Source: an uncultured Gammaproteobacteria bacterium | GTDB lineage: Bacteria > Pseudomonadota > Gammaproteobacteria > DRLM01 | DNA length: 64,000 nucleotides | Assembly: GCA_963810615.1 (NCBI GenBank) | Contig: CAWEOA010000007.1 | Coordinates: forward strand, 585,396-649,395 | Reading direction: 5' to 3' | Translations under genes and position numbers: made by a program | Notes under the pieces: generated by a model | Databases searched by the model: none | What the model was told of the DNA's origin: nothing | The model's input: the letters and a program-made list of their open reading frames with translations, nothing else | Part shown: piece by piece, positions 19,423 to 30,673 of the stretch | Layout of the letters: every line of letters starts with the position of its first letter | Position numbering within the stretch: position 1 is the first letter of the stretch

Positions 19423-19488
19423 ATATTTTAAATATCATGAAGTTGATTAATATATCTCAGCCATTATCTTATTATTTTAGCGGCGCTG

Positions 19489-20142
19489 TTACAGGCCGAA
19501 CATGCGGTAGATCATGTTTTGCACCATCGCGACCGGCGGCCACATGATTTTGCCCAGAATACCGGACACCATCAGCAATAACAAAATGATCAGGCCGTAT
19601 TGTTCGATGCGGCCGAATTTCCAGGCCAGCGGGTCCGGTAGGAATCCGGCCACCACCCGACTGCCGTCCAGGGGGGGAACGGGTAACAGGTTAAGCACCA
19701 TGAGAATGACATTGATAGTGATGCCCGCCCCGCCCATATAGGTCAGGGGCAATGCCAGATTCACGAGGCTGTTAGGCAAGAGCAGCGCCAATTTCATGAT
19801 CAGCGCCCAGATGCAGGCCATGATCAGATTGGCCAGCGGTCCCGCCGCCGCCACCAGGGCCATATCCCGTTTGGGGTGATGGAGATTATCCGCCGCAATG
19901 GGGACCGGTTTGGCCCAGCCGAAGATCACGCCGCCGGCCAGGATCAGAACCAAGGGCACCAGCACCGTGCCGATGGGATCGATGTGCTTGAGGGGATTGA
20001 GGGTGAGTCGCCCCAGCATCATGGCGGTAGGATCCCCCAGCTGTTTCGCCACCCAGCCGTGGGCCACTTCATGAACGGTTATCGCGAATAGTACCGGCAG
20101 CGCCCATACCGCTACCTGCTGAATAAGATTAAGCTGCTGCAT
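19489..20142 (-). CDS. site-2 protease family (M50) zinc metallopeptidase
   Basis: A multi-TM protein with HEVAHG (the HExxH motif) in the first TM region. Confidence 0.8.
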   Translation of the reverse strand: MQQLNLIQQVAVWALPVLFAITVHEVAHGWVAKQLGDPTAMMLGRLTLNPLKHIDPIGTVLVPLVLILAGGVIFGWAKPVPIAADNLHHPKRDMALVAAAGPLANLIMACIWALIMKLALLLPNSLVNLALPLTYMGGAGITINVILMVLNLLPVPPLDGSRVVAGFLPDPLAWKFGRIEQYGLIILLLLMVSGILGKIMWPPVAMVQNMIYRMFGL

Positions 20143-20198
20143 CGGCGAAGTATAACCTGATTGTTCCTGCCTGAGTTAACCGAAAAAATTCAAAGGGC

Positions 20199-20822
20199 TT
20201 AGGCGTCAAACACATCGACGTCTCCCTTGCCGACTCTTAATACATTGGGTGCGCCCTCGGTCAAGTCCACCACCGTGGTGAAATCAAAGCCGCAATAACC
20301 ACCGTCGACGATGATATCCACCCAATCGCCGAGGAGATCACGCATCTCATAGGGATCGGTGGGCGGCAGTTCCTCGCCGGGCATCACCAGCGTCGAACTC
20401 ATAATGGGTTCGTTCAGCTCGGCAAGTATAGCCTGGGCAATGACGTTGTCCGGTACCCGCAAACCTACGGTCTTGCGCTTGGGGTGCTGCAGCCGCCGCG
20501 GTACCTGGCGGGTGGCCGGCAGAATGAAGGTATAAGGTCCGGGCGTGCACGCCTTCAACAGCCGGTAGGTGGCGTTGTCCACCATGGCATACACGGCGAT
20601 CTCCGACAGATCACGGCAGACCAGGGAAAAATTATGGGTGTCATCCAAACGCCGAATCTGGCGGATACGATCCAGGGCGTCTTTTTCACCGGTATGACAC
20701 CCCAGCGCATAGCTGGAGTCGGTCGGATAGACCACGATGCCGCCCGCTTTGAGGCACTCCACCACCTGCGCAATCAAGCGCGCTTGGGGATCCTCCGGAT
20801 GAATAGCGATCAGGCGAGACAT
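20199..20822 (-). CDS. yciO: YciO/YrdC-family L-threonylcarbamoyladenylate synthase-like protein
   Basis: Start is placed at the internal MSRLIAIHPEDPQ. A YrdC domain (VYPTDSSYALGC) is present, and it sits in a trpH(yciV)-yciO context. Confidence 0.75.
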   Translation of the reverse strand: MSRLIAIHPEDPQARLIAQVVECLKAGGIVVYPTDSSYALGCHTGEKDALDRIRQIRRLDDTHNFSLVCRDLSEIAVYAMVDNATYRLLKACTPGPYTFILPATRQVPRRLQHPKRKTVGLRVPDNVIAQAILAELNEPIMSSTLVMPGEELPPTDPYEMRDLLGDWVDIIVDGGYCGFDFTTVVDLTEGAPNVLRVGKGDVDVFDA

Positions 20823-20865
20823 AAACGGCCCATTCTGCAGGGAGACCTCAGGGAAAGCAAAATTT

Positions 20866-21729
20866 CTATTGGGGAATCGGTGCGGTTGGACGGGGACGCA
20901 CATCCCACCCCGTCCATACCGGAATACATCCCGCCGGCAAGCCCGGCAGGCTGCCCAATTCATTACGGGACTGCCCCGGGCCGTGGTAATCCGATCCCAC
21001 CGATGCCAGCAGTTCGTAACGTTGAGCGTAATTGGCCAGCGCCGGCGTGGCGCCGTGGGGATGGCTGCCCGAGATCACCTCCAGGCCCACGCCGCCCACC
21101 TCTTTAAACTCGGATAACAAATCGCGAAACCGGCTGGCACTGAGTGAATAGCGCGCCGGATGAGCGATGACCGCCTGCCCGCCCGCGGCACGGATCCAGT
21201 CCACGGCGTCGCCCAGGGAGGCCCATTTACCGGGCACATAGCCGGGCTTGCCCCGCTTCAAATATTTGTCGAAGGCATTCTGCACATCCTTGGCGAGGCC
21301 TTGTGCCACCAAAAAACGGGCGAAATGGGTGCGGCCGATACTGGGACCCTGGGCCAGGGCCCGCGCACCCTCATAGACGCCCGCTATGCCCCTTTTTTCC
21401 AGGCGCCGACCGATCTCTTCGGCGCGCCACACCCGAAATTCCCGCAAACCCGCCAGACCCTGCTGTAATGCGGCGTTGTGGGGATCGATGCCCAATCCGA
21501 CGATGTGCAGCAGCTGATGTACCCAGGTCACTGAGATTTCCACACCGGATACCAGGGTCACCCCTGTCTCCCCCGCGGCCAGTTCAGCCTCCGCCAGGCC
21601 GGTGGTGGCATCGTGGTCCGTCAAGGCCAGCACATCCACCCCCTGCGCCGCCGCGTGGCGTATCAGCTCGGTGGGAGACACGGTCCCATCGGAGGCGGTG
21701 GAATGACTATGGAGATCGTAACGCAACAT
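20866..21729 (-). CDS. trpH: PHP-domain phosphoesterase (TrpH/YciV, RNase AM-like)
   Basis: An N-terminal PHP motif (MLRYDLHSHSTASDGT...LALTDHD). Confidence 0.8.
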   Translation of the reverse strand: MLRYDLHSHSTASDGTVSPTELIRHAAAQGVDVLALTDHDATTGLAEAELAAGETGVTLVSGVEISVTWVHQLLHIVGLGIDPHNAALQQGLAGLREFRVWRAEEIGRRLEKRGIAGVYEGARALAQGPSIGRTHFARFLVAQGLAKDVQNAFDKYLKRGKPGYVPGKWASLGDAVDWIRAAGGQAVIAHPARYSLSASRFRDLLSEFKEVGGVGLEVISGSHPHGATPALANYAQRYELLASVGSDYHGPGQSRNELGSLPGLPAGCIPVWTGWDVRPRPTAPIPQ

Positions 21730-21822
21730 CCGCTTACCCATCCGGTTTATCTGAGCGCGTACAAACAATTCCGTGTATGATACGGGATTTTTGCGACCGC
21801 TGCGCAGCGTCGACACAAAGCC

Positions 21823-22386
21823 ATGAAATTATTATTCGATTTCTTCCCGATTTTCATATTCTTTATCGTCTACAAGATATACGGTATCTTCGTCGCCACC
21901 GCTGCCTTGATGGTCAGCGCCGTGGTACAGGTCGGTTGGTCCTGGTTCCGTCATCGCCGCGTCGACACCTTGTACTGGGTTACCCTGGGCTTGACCCTGG
22001 TGCTGGGCGGCGCAACACTATGGCTGCAGGATGAAACCTTCATCAAGTGGAAACCTACGGTGGTAAACTGGCTGTTCGCCGCGGCATTCCTCATCAGCCA
22101 ATACGTAGGTTCAAAACCCATCCTGCAACGGATGATGTCCGCCAATATCAGCCTGCCGAATCCGATCTGGGCGCGTCTCAACTGGAGTTGGATCATCTTT
22201 TTCACGGTGATCGGCGCGATCAATCTTTACGTGGCGTTTTCGGGACATTTCACCGACGATCAGTGGGTGGACTTTAAATTGTTCGGGATGATGGGATTGA
22301 CCATAATCTTTGTCATCGGCCAGGCATTTTACCTGAGCCGTCATATCAAGCCCGAGCCGGATCAAGACACGCAACAAGGTAAGTAA
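21823..22386 (+). CDS. yciB: intracellular septation protein A (YciB/IspZ)
   Basis: 187 aa with 5 TM and the conserved N-terminus ([22 protein letters not shown]). Confidence 0.85.
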   Translation: MKLLFDFFPIFIFFIVYKIYGIFVATAALMVSAVVQVGWSWFRHRRVDTLYWVTLGLTLVLGGATLWLQDETFIKWKPTVVNWLFAAAFLISQYVGSKPILQRMMSANISLPNPIWARLNWSWIIFFTVIGAINLYVAFSGHFTDDQWVDFKLFGMMGLTIIFVIGQAFYLSRHIKPEPDQDTQQGK

Positions 22387-22388
22387 TC

Positions 22389-22688
22389 ATGCTTTACATC
22401 ATCATCGGTGAAGACTGCAAAGACAGTTTAAGCAAACGAGCGGCGAACCGACCGGCGCATCTCCAGCGCCTGCACGACCTGCGGGACCAGGGACGATTGA
22501 TACTGGCGGGTCCGATGCCGGCCGTCGACGCCGTGGACCCGGGTCCGGCCGGCTTCACCGGCAGCGTGATCGTCGCGGAATTTCCCTCCCTGGCGGACGC
22601 GCAAAGTTGGGCGGACGCTGAACCGTATTTGATTGGCGGGGTCTACACCCAGGTCAGCGTAAGACCTTTCAAGAAGGTTTTACCATGA
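22389..22688 (+). CDS. yciI: YciI-family protein
   Basis: 99 aa of YciI-like fold, 2 nt downstream of yciB. Confidence 0.7.
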   Translation: MLYIIIGEDCKDSLSKRAANRPAHLQRLHDLRDQGRLILAGPMPAVDAVDPGPAGFTGSVIVAEFPSLADAQSWADAEPYLIGGVYTQVSVRPFKKVLP

Positions 22689-22972
22689 TGTCACCAAGCG
22701 AGCGTATGGTGCGCATGCGGGAACGGCTGACGGCGAAGTTGCTGCCGCTGCAACTGGACATCAGCGACGATAGCCACCTGCACGTCGGTCATGCCGGGGC
22801 GCGCGGCGGCGCCGGACATTTTACCGTACACGTCGTCGCGCAGGCCTTCGCCGATAAGACGCTCATCGAGCGTCATCGTATGATTTATGATTTGTTACAG
22901 GATATGATGCACAGCGAAATACACGCCTTGAGCATTCAGGCCCGCAGCCCCGATGAGCTTCAAGCCCCTTAA
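22685..22972 (+). CDS. bolA: BolA-family transcriptional regulator
   Basis: 95 aa with a BolA helix-turn motif (SHLHVGHAG...HFTVHVV). It overlaps the yciI stop. Confidence 0.8.
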   Translation: MMSPSERMVRMRERLTAKLLPLQLDISDDSHLHVGHAGARGGAGHFTVHVVAQAFADKTLIERHRMIYDLLQDMMHSEIHALSIQARSPDELQAP

Positions 22973-22998
22973 ACCCACGTCAACATAAGGACCCATTC

Positions 22999-23823
22999 AT
23001 GATCGATAAACGTTTTATCCCAGTCGTTGCGGCGTTTGCCGGGATAGCCTCAATGTTTTTATCCCTGAACATCGCACAGGCGGCGGACAATAAGCAGGAA
23101 GGCGGCGACAAACCCCTGGTCAGCATCAACGGCACGGTACTCACCACCAAGGACCTGGACGCCTTCATCCAGGCCATGTCGTCGTCACGCGGACAGCCCA
23201 TGCCCCGCCAGGAGGCATTGAACACCCTGATCGATCGCGAGCTCCTCTATCAGGAAGCCCTGGCCAAGGGCATCGATAAGAAGCCCGAAGTCGTGCAAGA
23301 GCTGAACGATCAACGCCGCTCCATGCTGGCCAATGTGGCGATCACGGAAATGTTGCAGGCCCAGCCCGCCACCGAGCAAGAATTACACAAGGTCTATAAG
23401 GAACGCATCCTGGACAAGAAGCTCACCGAATATAAGGCGCGCCACATCCTGGTGAAGACCGAGGGCGAAGCCAAGGATATCATCGCCCAGTTGGACAAAG
23501 GCGGCGACTTCAGCGCGCTGGCCAAGGCAAAATCCATAGACACCGGCTCCGGAGCCAAAGGCGGCGAACTGGGCTGGTTCAGCCCCACTCAAATGGTGCC
23601 GGAATTCTCCAAGGCCGCGGCCGCGCTGCAAAAGGGCAAATACACCAAAACCCCGGTTAAAAGCCAGTTCGGCTGGCACGTCATCCAGCTGGAGGACAGC
23701 CGTCCGGTCAAGCCGCCCACCTTCGATGAACTCAAGCCGCGCCTCGAAGGCGTGGTGCAAAGCGAGCACGTCAGCGCATACGTAGGCACCCTGCGGGCCA
23801 AGGCCAAGATCGAAAACAAATAA
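22999..23823 (+). CDS. periplasmic peptidyl-prolyl cis-trans isomerase (parvulin/PpiC-type, SurA-like)
   Basis: A signal peptide followed by a parvulin domain (ARHILV...GGELGWF...FGWHVIQLED). Confidence 0.8.
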   Translation: MIDKRFIPVVAAFAGIASMFLSLNIAQAADNKQEGGDKPLVSINGTVLTTKDLDAFIQAMSSSRGQPMPRQEALNTLIDRELLYQEALAKGIDKKPEVVQELNDQRRSMLANVAITEMLQAQPATEQELHKVYKERILDKKLTEYKARHILVKTEGEAKDIIAQLDKGGDFSALAKAKSIDTGSGAKGGELGWFSPTQMVPEFSKAAAALQKGKYTKTPVKSQFGWHVIQLEDSRPVKPPTFDELKPRLEGVVQSEHVSAYVGTLRAKAKIENK

Positions 23824-23862
23824 CGGGATTACAATCTAAGATCGCTTGAATCGGTAAACCTC

Positions 23863-23897
23863 AACCCCTCGCGTTTCAATAAAGCGCGAGGGGTTTT

Positions 23898-23900
<3 letters not shown>
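23863..23900 (+). terminator. rho-independent terminator
   Basis: CCCCTCGCG-N11-CGCGAGGGG followed by TTTTTTATTT, immediately after the ppiC stop and overlapping the convergent ligA stop. Confidence 0.6.
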
Positions 23901-25967
<2,067 letters not shown>

Positions 25968-26068
25968 TTATGGGGAATATTAGCAACTAATCCAGGCTGA
26001 GGCGACTAAACAACCTCTCCGGTTAACAACCCGCCGTGCACTCGGCAAGCTTGACTTTAAGGAACACA

Positions 26069-26608
26069 ATGGATCCACAATCCGTCATAGACTTCTGGTT
26101 TCGCGAGATCGAACCACGCCAATGGTTCGCCAAGGACAGCACATTCGACCGTCTCATTACGCAACGTTTCAAGAGCCTTTATGACAGCGCGCTGAAATGC
26201 GAGTTATTCCCGTGGCGCGACACTGCGGAAGGCCGGCTGGCGGAGATCATCGTACTGGATCAATTCTCGCGCAACATACATCGCGACTCGTCCCTCGCCT
26301 TTGCCGCCGACCCGCTGGCCTTAGTCTTGAGCCAGGAAGCGGTACGGGTCCAAGCCCAGCGCGAGCTGACGCCCCAGCAAAAATGCTTTCTCTACATGCC
26401 GCACATGCACAGCGAATCGCCGCTGATTCATGAGCAGGCGGCGAAACTGTTCAGCGAGCCGGGATTGGAAAAAAATCTGGAATTTGAAATGAAACACAAG
26501 GCCATCATCGACCGCTTCGGCCGCTACCCGCATCGCAATGCGGTGCTGGGGCGCATCTCGACGCCGGAGGAAACAGCGTTTCTAAAAACCCCCGGCTCGT
26601 CGTTTTAA
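26069..26608 (+). CDS. DUF924-family protein
   Basis: Start is placed at the internal MDPQSVIDFWFREIEPRQWF. The family motif is conserved. Confidence 0.7.
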   Translation: MDPQSVIDFWFREIEPRQWFAKDSTFDRLITQRFKSLYDSALKCELFPWRDTAEGRLAEIIVLDQFSRNIHRDSSLAFAADPLALVLSQEAVRVQAQRELTPQQKCFLYMPHMHSESPLIHEQAAKLFSEPGLEKNLEFEMKHKAIIDRFGRYPHRNAVLGRISTPEETAFLKTPGSSF

Positions 26609-28455
26609 TGCGTGCCACCGGACAGTTTCGACGTCGCAAGCGCATTGGCGACGCTCTGGCGAATACGTTTTGATTGTTCGGTGCGCAACAACTGCTTTAG
26701 GACCGGCTTGTTCGTTGGGTATTTATCCAGGTTCTCACCTAGAAAGCGCGCTATATTGTAGCGGGTATTCTCGTCTTGCTCCTTACCCACCGCGTCCCTC
26801 ATTGTTGCCATCGCGGCAGGAGTCGGCTCCGTCCAGGACACAAGAGACTCCGCAATCGCGCCGCGAACCTCGCTGTTGCTTTCCTGCTTGAATTGGGACA
26901 TCAACACGCCGGCGGACCGATCCGTTGCGCCGATCATCCCTAACGACAGGGCCGCGGCGCGACGAATCGCAGGTGCTGAATCGCTCAAGAGCGGTGTGAT
27001 GTCATCGGAGAGCGTGGCGTCGTGCGTATTGCCCAGCGCAAAAACGAAGTTGGCGCGCTGCTCGGTATTGACACCACTCATCGCGGAATCCAGCAGGCTG
27101 GTGCGCAGCGACGAATAATCCGGATCTTTTGCCGCTTTCATGGCACTACCCAGACTGCCCAAGGCGAAAGTCGCGGTGCTCGCAATCCTGCCCTGTCGCT
27201 CGCCGCTCGCGGCCGTATCAAGCGCTGTGCTCCACAACGTCGAGAGGGTGTCGGAACTGGGGTGATCCACCCCGCCCAGTGCGACAATGGCCCGCAAGGC
27301 ATCCTTCGTCGCCCAACTGGTATCCGTGATGACGGAAGACATCGCGGTCTGTGCGGCTTTGGTGCCCGCCTGTTCGAACGCGAGGTACAGATCGGCGCGG
27401 GTCCGGTCACTGAGTTGCTGCGTTCTCAAGACTTCCAGCAATACGGCCGGCATGGCATCATCCACACGCAGGAGATCGCGCAATTCATGCACCCACGTCA
27501 TGCGCCCCTGCTTGGCGGCATCCAGTTGGGACACAGCGTCCAAAATCCTGGCGCGGGCTTCCTCTTTCGAAATATTCGGTATCGGATGTTGAATGGATCG
27601 CGTATCGGGCGGTGCTGCAGAGGCGGTAAATTGCCACTTATCAGCACTCGCCGCGGTCTGCGATGCGGATTGTAGCTTGAGCGTTGCATGGTTGGTGATG
27701 GTCACGGCCGGACCACCCTGACCTTTGGATTGCAACTTCTCGTCGAGGATCATCGCGGCGATCCAGTCACGCCCGGGATCGAGACTGAATGATTCCGTCG
27801 AGGTGATATCCGCCCCCTCAAGCATGGGCGGCGACGAGGCCGAGGCTTTAAAGTGTTGCTTGGTCTTCTCCACCTGCGTCGGGCCGGTGCGCCGGTAGGC
27901 GGCCTCATAGGCACCCGAGCCATTTGATTCCTGCGCTGTCCAGCTTTCCCCTTTATTCATCGTCACCTGAAACATCCTGACCAGGTTTTCCAAAATCTCC
28001 CGATTTTGCGCCGTGACACCCGCCGGAAATTCGAAGGCCTCGGGATATCCTCCGGAGGCGAAACGCACCCGAAATGGCACGCTCAATGCCTGGTTGGTCC
28101 CCGGATCGGTTTGGCCGCCTATCTGCAAATCCACGGTCGACAACTGCATGCCAACCAACGCCGTACCGGAATTGGCTTCCAGCGTCCGCAGTTCCAGTCC
28201 GCAGTTCATGCGCACGGGTAGGGTTTTCGCCGTACCGTTCGTATTCATTTGCATGGAAGAGTCTGTCTGCACCCGGTATTGTTGCGCAGCACCGACGTGC
28301 CATTGCAGCTCAACGAGAGAAGAATTGACTTGCGGCGCCGCTTGCCGCGACGGCGTAGTCGATTCAGGGTTCGAAGGCAGAAGCAACCATAGGGCGAGCG
28401 ATGCCAGCAACAGCAAAGCCCCGCCGCCAACTAACAGCCATCGTTTACGCTGCAT
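26605..28455 (-). CDS. membrane-anchored protein with C-terminal HEAT-like repeats
   Basis: An N-terminal TM (WLLVGGGALLLLASLALWLLL) and C-terminal AIRRAAALSLGMIG, SEVRGAIAESLV and KRIRQSVANALA repeats. Its ATG overlaps the upstream gene's stop (TAATG). Confidence 0.65.
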   Translation of the reverse strand: MQRKRWLLVGGGALLLLASLALWLLLPSNPESTTPSRQAAPQVNSSLVELQWHVGAAQQYRVQTDSSMQMNTNGTAKTLPVRMNCGLELRTLEANSGTALVGMQLSTVDLQIGGQTDPGTNQALSVPFRVRFASGGYPEAFEFPAGVTAQNREILENLVRMFQVTMNKGESWTAQESNGSGAYEAAYRRTGPTQVEKTKQHFKASASSPPMLEGADITSTESFSLDPGRDWIAAMILDEKLQSKGQGGPAVTITNHATLKLQSASQTAASADKWQFTASAAPPDTRSIQHPIPNISKEEARARILDAVSQLDAAKQGRMTWVHELRDLLRVDDAMPAVLLEVLRTQQLSDRTRADLYLAFEQAGTKAAQTAMSSVITDTSWATKDALRAIVALGGVDHPSSDTLSTLWSTALDTAASGERQGRIASTATFALGSLGSAMKAAKDPDYSSLRTSLLDSAMSGVNTEQRANFVFALGNTHDATLSDDITPLLSDSAPAIRRAAALSLGMIGATDRSAGVLMSQFKQESNSEVRGAIAESLVSWTEPTPAAMATMRDAVGKEQDENTRYNIARFLGENLDKYPTNKPVLKQLLRTEQSKRIRQSVANALATSKLSGGTH

Positions 28456-30659
28456 TATGACGGCGGAACGAAATAATGCGGCGTTCCATCGTGCAACACC
28501 ACGACATCAAATTGTAAACTTGGGTTGTCAAGAAGGACATCATCCAATTTGAAGAGCGCAGGCGAACGCCAGATATTATAGGTCGCCTTGAGAATCTTGA
28601 TCTTTGGACATGGGACCTTAACGAATCCCCATTTGCAGGTCGCAATCACGGGCACGGAATATTTGGCGTATAGATTCAACGCTCCCTGCGGGCCGGTGAA
28701 GAGATTGGTCAAGGTTTCGCTTTGTATAATGGCGAACTCCGCTGGATCCACTGAAAATCCGTCATGAAGCACATCGATCGTCGTACCGACGAAGAACTCC
28801 AATTTTTCCTCGAGCAAGGTCAGCACGCCTTCCACCCCGGCCGAAAACAACGGGGTACCCACCCCGGCGTAAAGAGTCGCCTCGATACTGGCCAACGGGC
28901 TGACAGTATTGCCCAGTTTAAGAGGCGCTTCGTCGAAATTAAATTCGTACTCGATGCCGATCTCGCCGCCCACCGAAGCGCCGGCGATTACCGGCACAGG
29001 GCCGACGAAAAGCTGCGTTTCTTTGGGCGGGTCCGGGGCCTCCTTCGCATAGACGAGTTTCACCTGCGGCGATGAAGCAGGCCCCGTATGAAATGAATCC
29101 AGCAAGGTATTCAGAAAGCGCAGTTCCAGGGTAAAGCCCGTCTCCGCGTCAGCAGGCTTGCCGTTGTAGTCCGGCACCAGTTGCGCCCTGACGGTGGCGC
29201 TCATAAAATCGAATACCTTTCCAAAAATCGTGATCGGGATACCGCCTTGCACGGACTCTATGTAACCGCGGTTATCCGCCGTCGCGGTGGCGGCAAAATC
29301 ATAGGGGCCGAACATAAAGGCGAAGCCGCCGCCTTTGGTGCCGTAGCCGTCACCCGAGGTCAGCGGACCGGAGGGCACGGTATACGGTGCTTGTGGTGTA
29401 TAACCACCCAAATCCGGCGGTGGCGTCGTGGTGGCAACCGGCGGCAGGGTAATCGTCAGCGGCGAACAATTTTCATTGTCGGCGGCATCGCGATCGACAA
29501 TTGAAGGATCGGCGGAACGGATGTCGACGCATACTGCAAAGCTCATTATCGCCATCGCCGGCCCCTCGTCCCCGGGAGTATTGGGTGGGAGATTTTTCAG
29601 GAAGCTGCGCAATGCCTCGATGGACTGCGCCGTGAGATCAGGGGGCGGGGTGATGGGATCGGTGCTGTAGGTACTCTGGAGCGTATGCTGATAACGCATC
29701 TGCGTCTCCAGTTCACTGCCCAGCCTGCCGGGAAAATAAAAGTTGATGTGCGCCGAATTGCGCTCGACATCGTCCAGGTCCGCTTCATCGCCCGATCTCT
29801 GCACCAATTGGGGCGTGAACTCACCCAGCGGAAGCCACTCTTGCGGGATCGAGCCAGGTGTGGTTCCGGTGGGATCGACACCATAGGCGTTGGTGTAACG
29901 GCCGGCATCGGTGTCCCACAAATAGAGCGGCACATCATACGAGGTGCCAGTGTCGGAGCGCATGAGCCGCAGCTTGGCAAAGGCCTCGATATTGATCGTG
30001 TCGTTCACACCCAGCCCATCGGCCCCCACGGTGATCGTCCCGCCCGCATCGGCGTTGTACACATCGCCGGGCGTAGGTGCCTTGAAAGCAGCCGTGTCAA
30101 TCAGCAAGGAGCTGCGATCGAGTTCCATGTCCTTAATCAAAATATTGGGCGACCCTGGTCCGGAAATTGTCGTCTCCGCTTCGGTGGTATTATCGTTTTC
30201 GTCGGTCTCGCCCACCTCGTCGACCGGGTCGACGACGGCCGCAATGTAATACTGCCCGGGTGTTTCGACGCTCGAGGGGACGTTGACGTCCAGTTCGTAG
30301 GAATGGGTCCCGACATCCACCTTGGAAATCGTCTGGGTACCCAAGGGGATCTGGCGCGCTTCCGCCGCCGGGTCGTCGGTTTTGTCGATGGCGAACACGG
30401 AAACGCTGACATCGGTCGCGGGATTATCGGCCGCGATCATCGCCGAGACCTTCAGCGGATAGGCGATGCGGGGATCGGGGGTCATGACCTGCAAGGATTT
30501 GGCCGTGAGGTTGATGGGGAGGGCCCGGGCTCCCGAGCTGCTGCCGTCGCCTCCTCCTCCGCCTCCGCAACCCGCCAGCGAAAACATCGCTAGCGTAATT
30601 AATAAAGTCGGTAAACGGACCATATCGTCGCCATCCTTATATTTTAAGTCTGACCCCAA
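28455..30659 (-). CDS. large lipoprotein with an N-terminal CARDB-like domain
   Basis: A lipobox (LAGC) followed by a Gly-rich linker. A CARDB signature (YYIAAVVDPVDEVGETDENDN) is present. The C-terminal ~500 aa is uncharacterised. Confidence 0.65.
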   Translation of the reverse strand: MGSDLKYKDGDDMVRLPTLLITLAMFSLAGCGGGGGGDGSSSGARALPINLTAKSLQVMTPDPRIAYPLKVSAMIAADNPATDVSVSVFAIDKTDDPAAEARQIPLGTQTISKVDVGTHSYELDVNVPSSVETPGQYYIAAVVDPVDEVGETDENDNTTEAETTISGPGSPNILIKDMELDRSSLLIDTAAFKAPTPGDVYNADAGGTITVGADGLGVNDTINIEAFAKLRLMRSDTGTSYDVPLYLWDTDAGRYTNAYGVDPTGTTPGSIPQEWLPLGEFTPQLVQRSGDEADLDDVERNSAHINFYFPGRLGSELETQMRYQHTLQSTYSTDPITPPPDLTAQSIEALRSFLKNLPPNTPGDEGPAMAIMSFAVCVDIRSADPSIVDRDAADNENCSPLTITLPPVATTTPPPDLGGYTPQAPYTVPSGPLTSGDGYGTKGGGFAFMFGPYDFAATATADNRGYIESVQGGIPITIFGKVFDFMSATVRAQLVPDYNGKPADAETGFTLELRFLNTLLDSFHTGPASSPQVKLVYAKEAPDPPKETQLFVGPVPVIAGASVGGEIGIEYEFNFDEAPLKLGNTVSPLASIEATLYAGVGTPLFSAGVEGVLTLLEEKLEFFVGTTIDVLHDGFSVDPAEFAIIQSETLTNLFTGPQGALNLYAKYSVPVIATCKWGFVKVPCPKIKILKATYNIWRSPALFKLDDVLLDNPSLQFDVVVLHDGTPHYFVPPS

Positions 30660-30673
30660 TAGTCATATAACAT

